The notes beneath the pieces were generated by a model, which saw only the letters and a program-made list of their open reading frames with translations, ran no database searches and was not told the DNA's origin. A program made the translations under genes and the position numbers. A stretch of 61,656 bases of DNA from positions 1 through 61,656 of the forward strand of contig CAZUEE010000002.1 in assembly GCA_964619175.1 (NCBI GenBank), written 5' to 3'. The stretch comes from an uncultured Brachyspira sp. (GTDB lineage Bacteria > Spirochaetota > Brachyspiria > Brachyspirales > Brachyspiraceae). Within the stretch, counting starts at the first letter, position 1, and every line of letters begins with the position of its first letter. Below are positions 23,201 through 29,325 of this stretch, piece by piece.

Positions 23201-25239
23201 AAGATATGTATCTTACTTCCGAAAAATTCTACACCGATAGAGAGGAAAGAAATCATGAATCTTTCACTACCCTATTTGAAGATACTTATAAAGAATATAA
23301 AGACAAAATCAATTCTTTATATGACGAAGTTGAAAATAGCAAATCCAATTTGACTAATTCTGTTAATGAAATGGTGGGCGAACTTAAGGAAGCGCTAAAA
23401 ATAAGAGACGAGTTTATGTATTCGGTTGAAAATAATCATGAAAAATTAAAAGATGTGGAAGAGAAAATGAAAAATTTAGAAAGTGAATTTACCCCTTCCA
23501 TAGAAAATTTAAAATCGATTATAGAAGAAAAGGCTTCGGAATTACAAGATAAAATCGGCAAATATTCCTACGATATAGAAGAACAAGGAAAAAAATTCAA
23601 CGAGAGATTGGAAGAGCTAACAAATAACGCCAAATTGTCGGTGGAAGAAAAAGTAGTGGAATTCGATTCTATAATAAACAATATTTCCGAAAGAATAGAA
23701 GATTTGTTAAAAAATAGAAATTCTCAATTTGACGGATTAAAATCAAATTACGAAAACTTGTCGGAATCTTTGTCAAAATTGAAAAATTCGATATCGGATT
23801 CTATTAACGAAAAAATAGCGGATGCAAATTCCATTATAGAAGAAAGTATGGACGCCATAGAAAAACGAACGGATGAAAAATACGACAAATATATAGCGCG
23901 CCTTAATTCTAATTTGGAACAAACATTGGCTTTGCTTATGAACGATGTTAAAGAATATGTTCAAAACGCCAAAAACGAAATAATGAAATCGCAAAACGAA
24001 AATTTGGACATATACGACAACAGAATAGACGGCATGAAAAATATTGTAGACGCTTTGGAAAACGATATAACTAAATATTCGAGCGAAATCGAAGCAAGAT
24101 TGGAAGAAATCGACTTAAGTTATAACGAAAAAACAAATATTATACTTAAAGATTTGGATATAAGAACGGATACTTTAACCGAAAAACTCAATCAAGCGGT
24201 TATAGCTATAGATAATATGCTTGACGAAAAATCGGACGATATTTCAAACGAATACGATATAGTAAAAATTAAAATAGAAAATATACAAAAAGACATCGAC
24301 AAATATATGGATACGATAAAAATATTCGATAAGGCGGAAGAAAACGCTCAATTTATAAGAGAAGATGTGGCAAAATTGGACGCTTTGGTAAACGACACAA
24401 AAATCGCGGTTTTGGATATGAATAAAGTCATGTCGGAATTCGAATGGCTCAAACAAATGCATGGAGAAATAGCTCAATATTCAGAAAGTATAAAGAAAGA
24501 AAAAGAAAATCTAAAAGACACTCAAGAAAAAGTTAATGTGTTAATGGAAATGACGGACGATATTCAAAATAAATTCTTAAATATAGCCGAAAATAACGCC
24601 ATTATAGAAAATACGGAAGAAGGAATTAAAGCCGTTATAGATATGGCTTCACAAATAGAAGATAAACTTTCGTATATAAAAGACCAAGAAGAGCATGCGG
24701 ACAATATTTTAACTCAAATGAAGAAAGCCGAAATCGAAACGGAAAATATTTTGGAAAAAGTTGATAGTATAAAATCCGCTATGGTCGATGTGGAAGATGC
24801 TAGAAAAAGCTTTATGGAAAAAGTCGCTTCTATGGAAAAAGATTTTAATAAAATAGAGAAAAACGACAAAAAAATTCAATTATTCTTAAGCAAATTAGAA
24901 GAACTTAATATTATACTTGAAGAGATGCAAAATCAGAGAGAAAATCTTAATCGTATGAGAAAAGAAAGCGACGATATAGTAGAAAAGAGCGAAAGAGCCG
25001 AATATTTCATTAGATATTTGGAAAATTTGCTAACTAATGCGGAAAAATATATGTCGGATAATAAAAATTCTCCTAAAAAAACAAAATCAAATATAATAGA
25101 CAATAAAAAAGAAGAATTTATTATAAAAATGTATAAACAAGGATGGAAAACGGATGAGATAGTTAAAAATTCTTCATATTCTAGAGACGAAGTAGAAGCG
25201 GTTATAAAAAAATGGAAGGATAAACAATCTAGAGGATAA
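11209..25239 (+). CDS. Giant membrane-anchored coiled-coil protein (about 4676 aa)
   Basis: ATG 11209 with GGAG at 11199-11202 preferred to TTG 11197. One N-terminal TM helix, E/K/D/L-rich body almost free of Pro, HTH-like C-terminus (MYKQGWKTDEIVKNSSYSRDEVEAVI). Confidence 0.88.
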   Translation: MFPILNFALMFIIPIIVVSIAKIIDNKRNSNMGNFDNIFEEGKAALDGIVEEKISEVRDNAIGLEIAVKKAGFISKSMEEDLAKLNNKIESYKDYKAAVSQYQEQVDSLEEAYLDILNKVDTVLKERNTIEKTYKRISDVKTKMIELEKNVSSVQDKLIESYNSKLNDFESELYKRFDSLTSNLLARDAHYIDMAEQEKEKISALTEEFKLHVAKKEELFTKQLTQLAERTARNNIEQLAELFEKSREELVNKYSSFADEIDFKSKGIEERYETLSQSKDGLENELINLRDTIHNRLSSITESTVLEFKDEMEKTKEILYSSLKEGLEKITQDKEEFLESIEQKAVYLEKSIDDIKDKADFISQDYAKRTSQLDSDFTAFKDDINRRLLTEVEIFSNSIRDVLENENDGIITLYRNKTKELSDLIMALDGMSEETLYKAESKFEEISNDIEKLKNDILSKTQDDMEYSIDNARSSLIAEINELRADVEGETNLLRERIDEIHYQTSEFSSILSNKQEEILDSLSLEKEYLYKDLEAQANVKMQELENQYNYVKDNLEIKIDDYIKNTATDLGDMDNKLSVLKEKYNEEFNNIEKLSRDTENNIKDNVEKKIELLEKSSSDIKNLIDISSEKLENGIKSAEKNINDIKNNLTQYGDSYINNLTNQLKELIENYEETKMKSITESVDNVRKSVEESERKHKDMIDNLEYSLDEFKNKVNNIVDDNIKYSEENKKNIVDNLHNELIKATESFETILNSKREGMNKVKNELEDIMRRVEIGKESFEKTINDVYEKADSKEKELISDIKNKYNDLGEKIDILFDEKKNDLNDMSAKYHSIIENAFGELREEYEELKHHSDLITDEYKVRMDTLAMKINEIYSNVDNVKSSIENKINYIDGYVNDIKENIEYKAKDINNFIDDKKGFIENKINSIFNDAEKGINAKINELKELIESAVEKYREEISEIETYRLEENKNIMEEAENIGIQIREDYEEYINTLQELYNEEKSSLSDYANQLKEEIEKNIEESEVEHLEKETNYIDEYLNQTSSKIDEKINGLNQTLNDSFNTLYRSVNDLVEKTRGMYNEKVSESLSEMKKFAEELVDNRVAESRASLLSSIDILRVEFSDFRDSIDIRVREQAETLISNNESVLSIFNDYEKKLQYMDELSVLINDIKVDINNELEYLKEGLSFRDGEIDKSLESLQSSLLDREEFVKLGEGEKELLISQIEDLKEEIELLKSQSLRAREIELPSLLAGEREKLEGMLEEFSKDLLNRVSGQESDLSYLRSDLSLVKEDIISRVESLKADIDLVSGDSRISALDEERGKLSSSLSSLREDFNKVLGLEASFSELRARLEGIDSELRGDIEVLSERLKDFSEDIEGRLASDSAELYTDLEALNKDFSEVRVNLLGSMDKASEIESKIDTIFKDFSIENKDFRDRLERRIAHFEDIWSDSSRLRSMFNDDIMEEVEKLRVEADSRFENYISDLQGKIDNIESGIVDWKEGSLDELLSQLKEARDSIEGFIESSGSKKEEYLSEMLRVIEDKEAEIYSRIEGNINERVKDIEGRLSAIDERVNNELADNLSRVRASVGEAEAGIHNRVNELRGLIDSAIEKYRAEIRNIEHHRSGEEELFSSDIKALGDKIREDCEGYSLRLEQLYEEARLELGDNLRVVKEEIESIRNEAEVKAISEEKGYIDEYLEGYTRKVEDRLSNELSGLEDSRRALEEMIKESFNNLSSDLEEALDNFAERSDKLLEDTVSSFEARIEGVVSEDRVIEIYGGVEEKIVGIEEKYNDLEKRVNDTNDTLYRSVNDLVEKTRGMYNEKVSESLSEMKKFAEELVDNRVAESRASLLSSIDILRVEFSDFRDSIDIRVREQAETLISNNESVLSIFNDYEKKLQYMDELSVLINDIKVDINNELEYLKEGLSFRDGEIDKSLESLQSSLLDREEFVKLGEGEKELLISQIEDLKEEIELLKSQSLRAREIELPSLLAGEREKLEGMLEEFSKDLLNRVSGQESDLSYLRSDLSLVKEDIISRVESLKADIDLVSGDSRISALDEERGKLSSSLSSLREDFNKVLGLEASFSELRARLEGIDSELRGDIEVLSERLKDFSEDIEGRLASDSAELYTDLEALNKDFSEVRVNLLGSMDKASEIESKIDTIFKDFSIENKDFRDRLERRIAHFEDIWSDSSRLRSMFNDDIMEEVEKLRVEADSRFENYISDLQGKIDNIESGIVDWKEGSLDELLSQLKEARDSIEGFIESSGSKKEEYLSEMLRVIEDKEAEIYSRIEGNINERVKDIEGRLSAIDERVNNELADNLSRVRASVGEAEAGIHNRVNELRGLIDSAIEKYRAEIRNIEHHRSGEEELFSSDIKALGDKIREDCEGYSLRLEQLYEEARLELGDNLRVVKEEIESIRNEAEVKAISEEKGYIDEYLEGYTRKVEDRLSNELSGLEDSRRALEEMIKESFNNLSSDLEEALDNFAERSDKLLEDTVSSFEARIEGVVSEDRVIEIYGGVEEKIVGIEEKYNDLEKRVNNTKNNKAYIKKLEEKINKLYEQLDEKIFEINEKYESVNQHFNDKFANIESSVLDNEQINKLKEDFAYFKEEVLNANKENIDGLFEEEKLKFEHSFDSFSKYMIEKINNSKFDIEEIKKSVLEEKNSILENMETFRFELDSLKNNDILENLENLASDKIKLEEAFNSLKDDFDKLSNLENEVYELKDNFEGDNFALKNEVEKLLEEVSNMHEKLEQIENNISVLDNGNLNDLLNELHDAKENIDLFIENSEDKKNEIISKIEDSNRKYIDSYLEEYLSEFKEWTEKIENIESRIGDLINSKENDIINKISTYEDEIENKQSASFESLRKELFDLYDSFKNDIDTDNLNYMSDKLYYIENSIKELEENNKIVSAKIEDDKKELSESLNNLFNEFDTFKSNINDKFENRNTVENVASYPINEYGDKISDLKHALDNINDNNKEFKDRLEKRIAFFEDSWTNEEKINELYGDLLNDRFESLKEKLESKLNSSFEESLEEYKEKINEMEKDLNSWKDNNLNSLINGLDSVKENINLAKENDITNMLNMIEELKEKIENKENESNLAFENKISDMEKSIVAFEDRLKDIEYNQSSINDDIEKYIFKLDNVLDEYEERMKSKILNIQDSIKEENDKAMDYVSAVKNDDSKDTNARLSDLESYIRKLDNNASEISNELAKDKKDLIETVYQLKKDMHSKIEEDLARLKDNLPNMEELTDLFVSEKEEWREEFEAFKNELMNSQTENENFAEIFEEEKARLIEELDNFKSAVRVEYMSKEDKFDSIKEEYLNNFNKLLDNEKEKLHSSLEDINKKFEDLKDNFITSNEVKELVKELINKYKDDITLSVENRKEEASNNIESIDKSYIENLIEKERERIDEILTEFKKNLEDNYSTVQSVAEVLSKEEISIDNKLSEMKENILKDIPTIEDISQIFIEEKDSLKENFVSLRNEILGSMPTSEYFENIYKEQETQLKNSFNILEEDFSESIKRYKENITNEISEFKNEFSERIININDLAGSLQIERERLATEIEDIKIKYERGEINSNEVLNAIESDRDKLVNEFLNFRKSILDLTKEQEEAINTLSQEKIKIMENIEELNNKISLDIPSREEIVLMIEEEKKYITDMFESLKNEALNNDFSFDDFRDDIIKVFEESNEDFRKRVEARIEHFENAYSDSDKIKEFYRDAIDMEVDNLKSEALNIFSNIEVKVEEAKNRIDTIENEKVQGIINRIDEAQNNIDDLVETIKVNIKEQENEIKMLGESQKHISQDIENVRKEREALIEMVQNSDINIKNKLDSLTEAAADAANKASERISKKEDVFNEKVKEIEDYLLSIENRINEDYLNKSKETIDNLVASFNEQIIKETNDLTPHIMKAVRDFINKETGKFEKFSDLKKYLENMEATINDRLNESFDVINGKLDNNMVELRKKLSDYEEEIIGDFKMSVGVEGEKALDEINERYNEEMSKLKDMYLTSEKFYTDREERNHESFTTLFEDTYKEYKDKINSLYDEVENSKSNLTNSVNEMVGELKEALKIRDEFMYSVENNHEKLKDVEEKMKNLESEFTPSIENLKSIIEEKASELQDKIGKYSYDIEEQGKKFNERLEELTNNAKLSVEEKVVEFDSIINNISERIEDLLKNRNSQFDGLKSNYENLSESLSKLKNSISDSINEKIADANSIIEESMDAIEKRTDEKYDKYIARLNSNLEQTLALLMNDVKEYVQNAKNEIMKSQNENLDIYDNRIDGMKNIVDALENDITKYSSEIEARLEEIDLSYNEKTNIILKDLDIRTDTLTEKLNQAVIAIDNMLDEKSDDISNEYDIVKIKIENIQKDIDKYMDTIKIFDKAEENAQFIREDVAKLDALVNDTKIAVLDMNKVMSEFEWLKQMHGEIAQYSESIKKEKENLKDTQEKVNVLMEMTDDIQNKFLNIAENNAIIENTEEGIKAVIDMASQIEDKLSYIKDQEEHADNILTQMKKAEIETENILEKVDSIKSAMVDVEDARKSFMEKVASMEKDFNKIEKNDKKIQLFLSKLEELNIILEEMQNQRENLNRMRKESDDIVEKSERAEYFIRYLENLLTNAEKYMSDNKNSPKKTKSNIIDNKKEEFIIKMYKQGWKTDEIVKNSSYSRDEVEAVIKKWKDKQSRG
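14396..18819 (+). repeat. In-frame tandem duplication, period 2217 bp (739 aa), two copies
   Basis: atacattgtatagaag starts at 14396 and 16613; identity ends at 16602/18819. Identical antisense ORFs at 15048 and 17265 are offset by 2217. Confidence 0.97.
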
Positions 25240-25246
25240 ATAAATA

Positions 25247-25274
25247 TTGTAAATTTTAAAAAGTATGTTATAAT
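25247..25274 (+). promoter_or_regulatory. Sigma70-type promoter for HPr
   Basis: TTGTAA-N16-TATAAT with extended TGn. Confidence 0.6.
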
Positions 25275-25303
25275 AAATAAAAATTGGAGAATCTTAATTT
25301 ATT

Positions 25304-25618
25304 ATGACATTAAATAATGTTGTAACCATAAAAAGCAAAAATGGTATGCATTTAAGACCCGCGGGGGTTTTGTCTCAAATTTCAAGCAAATCGGAATATT
25401 CCGATATTGGTATTTTTCTACTTTATAACGGCGTGAGAGCCGATGCAAAAAGCGTATTTAATATAATGGGACTCGGAGCTTTTCAAGGGGCAAATTTAAT
25501 ACTTGAAATAGAATACGAGGATGGGATGGAAAATATAGCCAAAAATGCAGAAAAAGAATTGGTAGATTTTTTTGAAGAAGGTTATATTAACGCCGAAGTT
25601 CCAGAAGAAGATTTATAA
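25304..25618 (+). CDS. ptsH: Phosphocarrier protein HPr
   Basis: GMHLRPA (His15 site) and DAKSVFNIMGLG (Ser46 site). Confidence 0.88.
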   Translation: MTLNNVVTIKSKNGMHLRPAGVLSQISSKSEYSDIGIFLLYNGVRADAKSVFNIMGLGAFQGANLILEIEYEDGMENIAKNAEKELVDFFEEGYINAEVPEEDL

Positions 25619-25719
25619 TATGTATTTATTATAAAGAGCTATTATAAAAATTTTGATGAAAAATTACAAAAAAATAACATTAAAGTAACATTGCAATATT
25701 TTATTTTTAAGGATATTTA

Positions 25720-27096
25720 ATGAGTTATTTTGCGATAATTATGCTCGTCATATCGATAGCTATGCTTATGGTTTTAACTATAAAGTTTCAAGCCAATCCG
25801 TTTATAGCTATGATTTTAGTAGCCATATTTTTAGCTTTCATTTTGTATGTTCCCTCCGGTCAAGAAGCGGATTCCATTATCGAAATCTCCGCTTTAATAG
25901 GAACGGGTTTTGGCAGCGCTCTTGCGAATGTCGGAATAATAATCGTATTGGGAAGCATTATTGGTAATATACTCGAAATGTCGGGTGCTGCTTTAAAAAT
26001 GGGCGAAGTCATTATAAAAATAATAGGAAAATATCATCCTGCAATTGCAATGAATATTCTAGGTTTTATAGTTTCGATTCCCGTTTTCTGCGATTCGGGT
26101 TATTTGATTTTAACTCCGCTTAGAAAAGTAGTTGCAAGAAGAACGGGGGCATCTCCCGTAGCTTTGTCAATCGCGTTATCCACGGGACTTTATGCATCGC
26201 ATGCCTTAATTCCCCCTACTCCCGGACCTGCGGCTATGGTTAATCTATTCGACTTGCAAGGACATTTATTTACCGTAATACTCATAGGGTTGGTAGTCGC
26301 TATTCCAACTTCTTTAGTCGGGGCTTTTTACGGAATATTTATTTCAAAATATATAAAAAAACCGAATTATGTCGACAAATCTCCCACTTACGAAACATTG
26401 ATTAGCGATATCGGGGAACTTCCTTCCGCTTATAAATCTTTCGCTCCTATTTTTATACCGATAATATTAATGGCGATGGGAACTATAGTGAGATTTTTTC
26501 CTATAGAATTGAGCGATTTTATTAAAAGAATATTTATATTTTTGGGCGAACCTTCGATGGCTCTGTTTATGGGATTTTTATCTTCCCTTTCGCTTACTCA
26601 TAAATTTAATAGAGAAGCGATTTCTATGTGGATTGGAGACGGTATAGCGAGTTCGGGCAGAATATTGGCTATAGTTGGAGCAAGCGGCGCTTTTGCCGAA
26701 GTTTTAAAATCTACGGAACTTGTAAATTATATTCCGCAATTAAACGATTTATTTTCTTCTGTAAGTTTGGGAATTATACTTCCTTTCGCTTTGTCTTCTT
26801 TACTCAAAATAATACTCGGTTCTTCGACTATCGCCGTTGTGACGGTTGCAACCGTATTCGCCCCGTTTTTGCAAACTTTGGGATATACCACCACAATATC
26901 TCAAGTTTTGGTTTTAATGTCGATTGGCGCAGGTTCGATGGTAGTCTCTCATGCAAACGATAGTTATTTTTGGATAGTAGTAGAACTTTCGGGATTAAAA
27001 ATAAGAGACGCTTATAAGGCTAGAACATTGGCGACTTTGATTCAGGGAATAACGGCATTAATTATTATAATGGTGATTGCAATTTTATTCCGATAA
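25720..27096 (+). CDS. GntP-family sugar-acid permease
   Basis: SIPVFCDSG, LIPPTPGP, SHANDSYFW motifs. Confidence 0.9.
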   Translation: MSYFAIIMLVISIAMLMVLTIKFQANPFIAMILVAIFLAFILYVPSGQEADSIIEISALIGTGFGSALANVGIIIVLGSIIGNILEMSGAALKMGEVIIKIIGKYHPAIAMNILGFIVSIPVFCDSGYLILTPLRKVVARRTGASPVALSIALSTGLYASHALIPPTPGPAAMVNLFDLQGHLFTVILIGLVVAIPTSLVGAFYGIFISKYIKKPNYVDKSPTYETLISDIGELPSAYKSFAPIFIPIILMAMGTIVRFFPIELSDFIKRIFIFLGEPSMALFMGFLSSLSLTHKFNREAISMWIGDGIASSGRILAIVGASGAFAEVLKSTELVNYIPQLNDLFSSVSLGIILPFALSSLLKIILGSSTIAVVTVATVFAPFLQTLGYTTTISQVLVLMSIGAGSMVVSHANDSYFWIVVELSGLKIRDAYKARTLATLIQGITALIIIMVIAILFR

Positions 27097-27120
27097 TTAT
27101 ATAAAGTGGGAAAATTATTT

Positions 27121-27555
27121 ATGCTTAAAATAAAAATAATCAATAAATCGAAAAATCCTATTCCGAAATATCAAACGGCTGGAGCATCGGGACTCGATTT
27201 GCATGCGAATGTGGAAGAAGCGATAACTTTGAAAAAAAACGACATAGCTTTAATTCCTACCGGATTATATTTGGAAATACCTGAAGGATACGAGGCGCAA
27301 GTGAGAAGCAGAAGTTCTTTGGCGTTAAAACATGGAATATTTTGTTTGAACTCTCCGGCGACAATAGACAGCGACTATAGAGGAGAATTAAAAATTATTT
27401 TGGCGTCTTTAAGCGAAGAGCCTTTTACGATTAATTTTGGAGATAGAATAGCTCAAATCGTATTTTCAAAAGTAGAAAAAGTAGAATTTGAAGAAGTTGA
27501 AAATTTATCAGAATCGGTTAGAGGAGAAGGCGGTTTTGGAAGCACTAATAAATAA
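27121..27555 (+). CDS. dut: dUTP diphosphatase
   Basis: ASGLDL, RSRSSLA, TIDSDYRGE, RGEGGFGST. ATG 27121 preferred to GTG 27106. Confidence 0.95.
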   Translation: MLKIKIINKSKNPIPKYQTAGASGLDLHANVEEAITLKKNDIALIPTGLYLEIPEGYEAQVRSRSSLALKHGIFCLNSPATIDSDYRGELKIILASLSEEPFTINFGDRIAQIVFSKVEKVEFEEVENLSESVRGEGGFGSTNK

Positions 27556-27586
27556 TTGATAAAAATAAATAAAATATAAAAAATAG

Positions 27587-27614
27587 TTGAATAATTTTAA
27601 ATTTTTGTTATAAT
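27587..27614 (+). promoter_or_regulatory. Sigma70-type promoter for the lipoprotein pair
   Basis: TTGAAT-N16-TATAAT with TGn. Confidence 0.55.
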
Positions 27615-27634
27615 ATAAACGGGAACTTTAGTAA

Positions 27635-28453
27635 ATGAGAATTATTAGAATTTTTATGGTATTAAATTTATTGTTCGTTTCTTGCGGACTTCCCGATATC
27701 ACGAGTATATATTTGGAAATGAATCAACCTTTCATTACAAAAGTTATACCGGGACCTAATAAAATAACTGTGGAATTCGAAGCGCAAAATAATGAGCCGG
27801 CTTTTAGCGGTTATAATGTATATTTTGGAGATAATACGAATCCTCAAAAATATAGACTTTATAATCAGCAAAGAACCCGCCCTACAATTTCGGCTGGAAC
27901 TACAGACACTCCTACTAAATATACTTATACGATAGAGCCTCGACAATGTTATTATTCTGAAGGAACGGGAGAGATTGAACTTCTTACAGAATCTCAAATT
28001 CCAAACGGAATTCCCGTTTATATTTATATAAGCGCCTATCAAATAACGCCTCAAAACGAAAGCTCTTATTATTATGATAATTATATTTTAATGGGTTGTC
28101 CTCGCTCTGAAACTTTGAATTCAAATATTTCGGGTTCTGGCTCTATTACAAGCGGAGGTAGTAGTCCAAAAACTTTAGTTACAATATCGACAAGCGGGAA
28201 TAATTTAACTTTTCAAAATACTAACGGAATGCAAATGATTTCTGCTACTTCGCTTAACGATATAACGATTCCTCCAACGGAAGGATATAGTACAGCCACT
28301 CAAACCGTTGAAGCAAATAGATTATATTTGGTGAGAGTTCAGTCGGATGGAACAAATTATAATTATGGAAAAATATTCGTTAAAAGCGTTAGTGGAACGA
28401 GTGCTACTGTAGATTATTGTCTTCAGTCGGGAGCAAATATATTGAGTTATTGA
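27635..28453 (+). CDS. Lipoprotein of unknown function (beta-rich)
   Basis: Lipobox LFVSC; S/T/Y/G-rich; FSGYNVYFG motif. Confidence 0.8.
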   Translation: MRIIRIFMVLNLLFVSCGLPDITSIYLEMNQPFITKVIPGPNKITVEFEAQNNEPAFSGYNVYFGDNTNPQKYRLYNQQRTRPTISAGTTDTPTKYTYTIEPRQCYYSEGTGEIELLTESQIPNGIPVYIYISAYQITPQNESSYYYDNYILMGCPRSETLNSNISGSGSITSGGSSPKTLVTISTSGNNLTFQNTNGMQMISATSLNDITIPPTEGYSTATQTVEANRLYLVRVQSDGTNYNYGKIFVKSVSGTSATVDYCLQSGANILSY

Positions 28454-28456
28454 TTT

Positions 28457-29218
28457 ATGAGAAATATTGTATTTTTAATTTTTACATTATTTATATTTAA
28501 TTCTTGTTCTGAAGAGCTTATTACGATTGTAGACGAATATAACCCGCCCTATCAAATAAAAGCGATTCCAAGCAATAATTCGATTAGTATAAATTTTTGG
28601 TCGGGAGTATTGGCTTCCGATTTCGTGGGATTTAATATATACGCGGGAACAAGTTCGTCTTTTAATCAACCCACAGATGCGATAACGAATTCTGAAGGCG
28701 GCCTTCCGACTATGAAGATTTCAAATCATGTAAGAAGCAATTTTACATTGACTGTCCCTTTAAAAAATGATGGCAGTGGATATTCTAATGGCACTTTATA
28801 TTATGTTACCGTCACGGCTTATGGCACAAACGATTTGCTCGACAGTAAATATATCGAAACTAAAATAAGTTCCGTAGTTTCCGTTGTTCCGAGAGAAGAA
28901 GGCAATAGCAATGGAAACGAAGTAAAAGTAGGTAGCAGCAGCACAAAAGTTGGCACTATAAGTGGTGATAGGATTACTTGCGAAAGTGGTTGGAAAATAC
29001 AAGGTTTTGGCGCTCAAAACGATTTTAATTCGATTGTAATAATTACAAATAGTGCGGCAAGTTTTTATAGCGATAGCAATACTTACAGTTATCACGGGCT
29101 TTATATATTTTCAAATACCGGGCAAAATCAATTGGCTAAAGTTTGGATAACCGGCACAAACGGAACTCCTTCTTATCGTTGGGCGTATAGGTCAAATGGT
29201 CAATGGAATGGCATTTAA
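28457..29218 (+). CDS. Lipoprotein of unknown function (FnIII-like), probable paralogue of the upstream gene
   Basis: Lipobox FNSC; FVGFNIYAG and NGTLYYVTVTAY motifs. Confidence 0.8.
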   Translation: MRNIVFLIFTLFIFNSCSEELITIVDEYNPPYQIKAIPSNNSISINFWSGVLASDFVGFNIYAGTSSSFNQPTDAITNSEGGLPTMKISNHVRSNFTLTVPLKNDGSGYSNGTLYYVTVTAYGTNDLLDSKYIETKISSVVSVVPREEGNSNGNEVKVGSSSTKVGTISGDRITCESGWKIQGFGAQNDFNSIVIITNSAASFYSDSNTYSYHGLYIFSNTGQNQLAKVWITGTNGTPSYRWAYRSNGQWNGI

Positions 29219-29325
29219 TTTTTTATAAAATCTATGTTATAATATACCCGCTTTTTAGTTAATAAAATTTTTCAAAAAGTTTTAAAATAAATGTTTAAAA
29301 AAATGTTTTAAAAAAAGGTTTTATA

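Noticed and set aside
11184..24477. Antisense ORFs within the giant gene (e.g. 15048..15578, 17265..17795, 21588..22238)
   Set aside because: Ser/Phe/Leu-rich shadows of the sense codons with no recognisable motifs.
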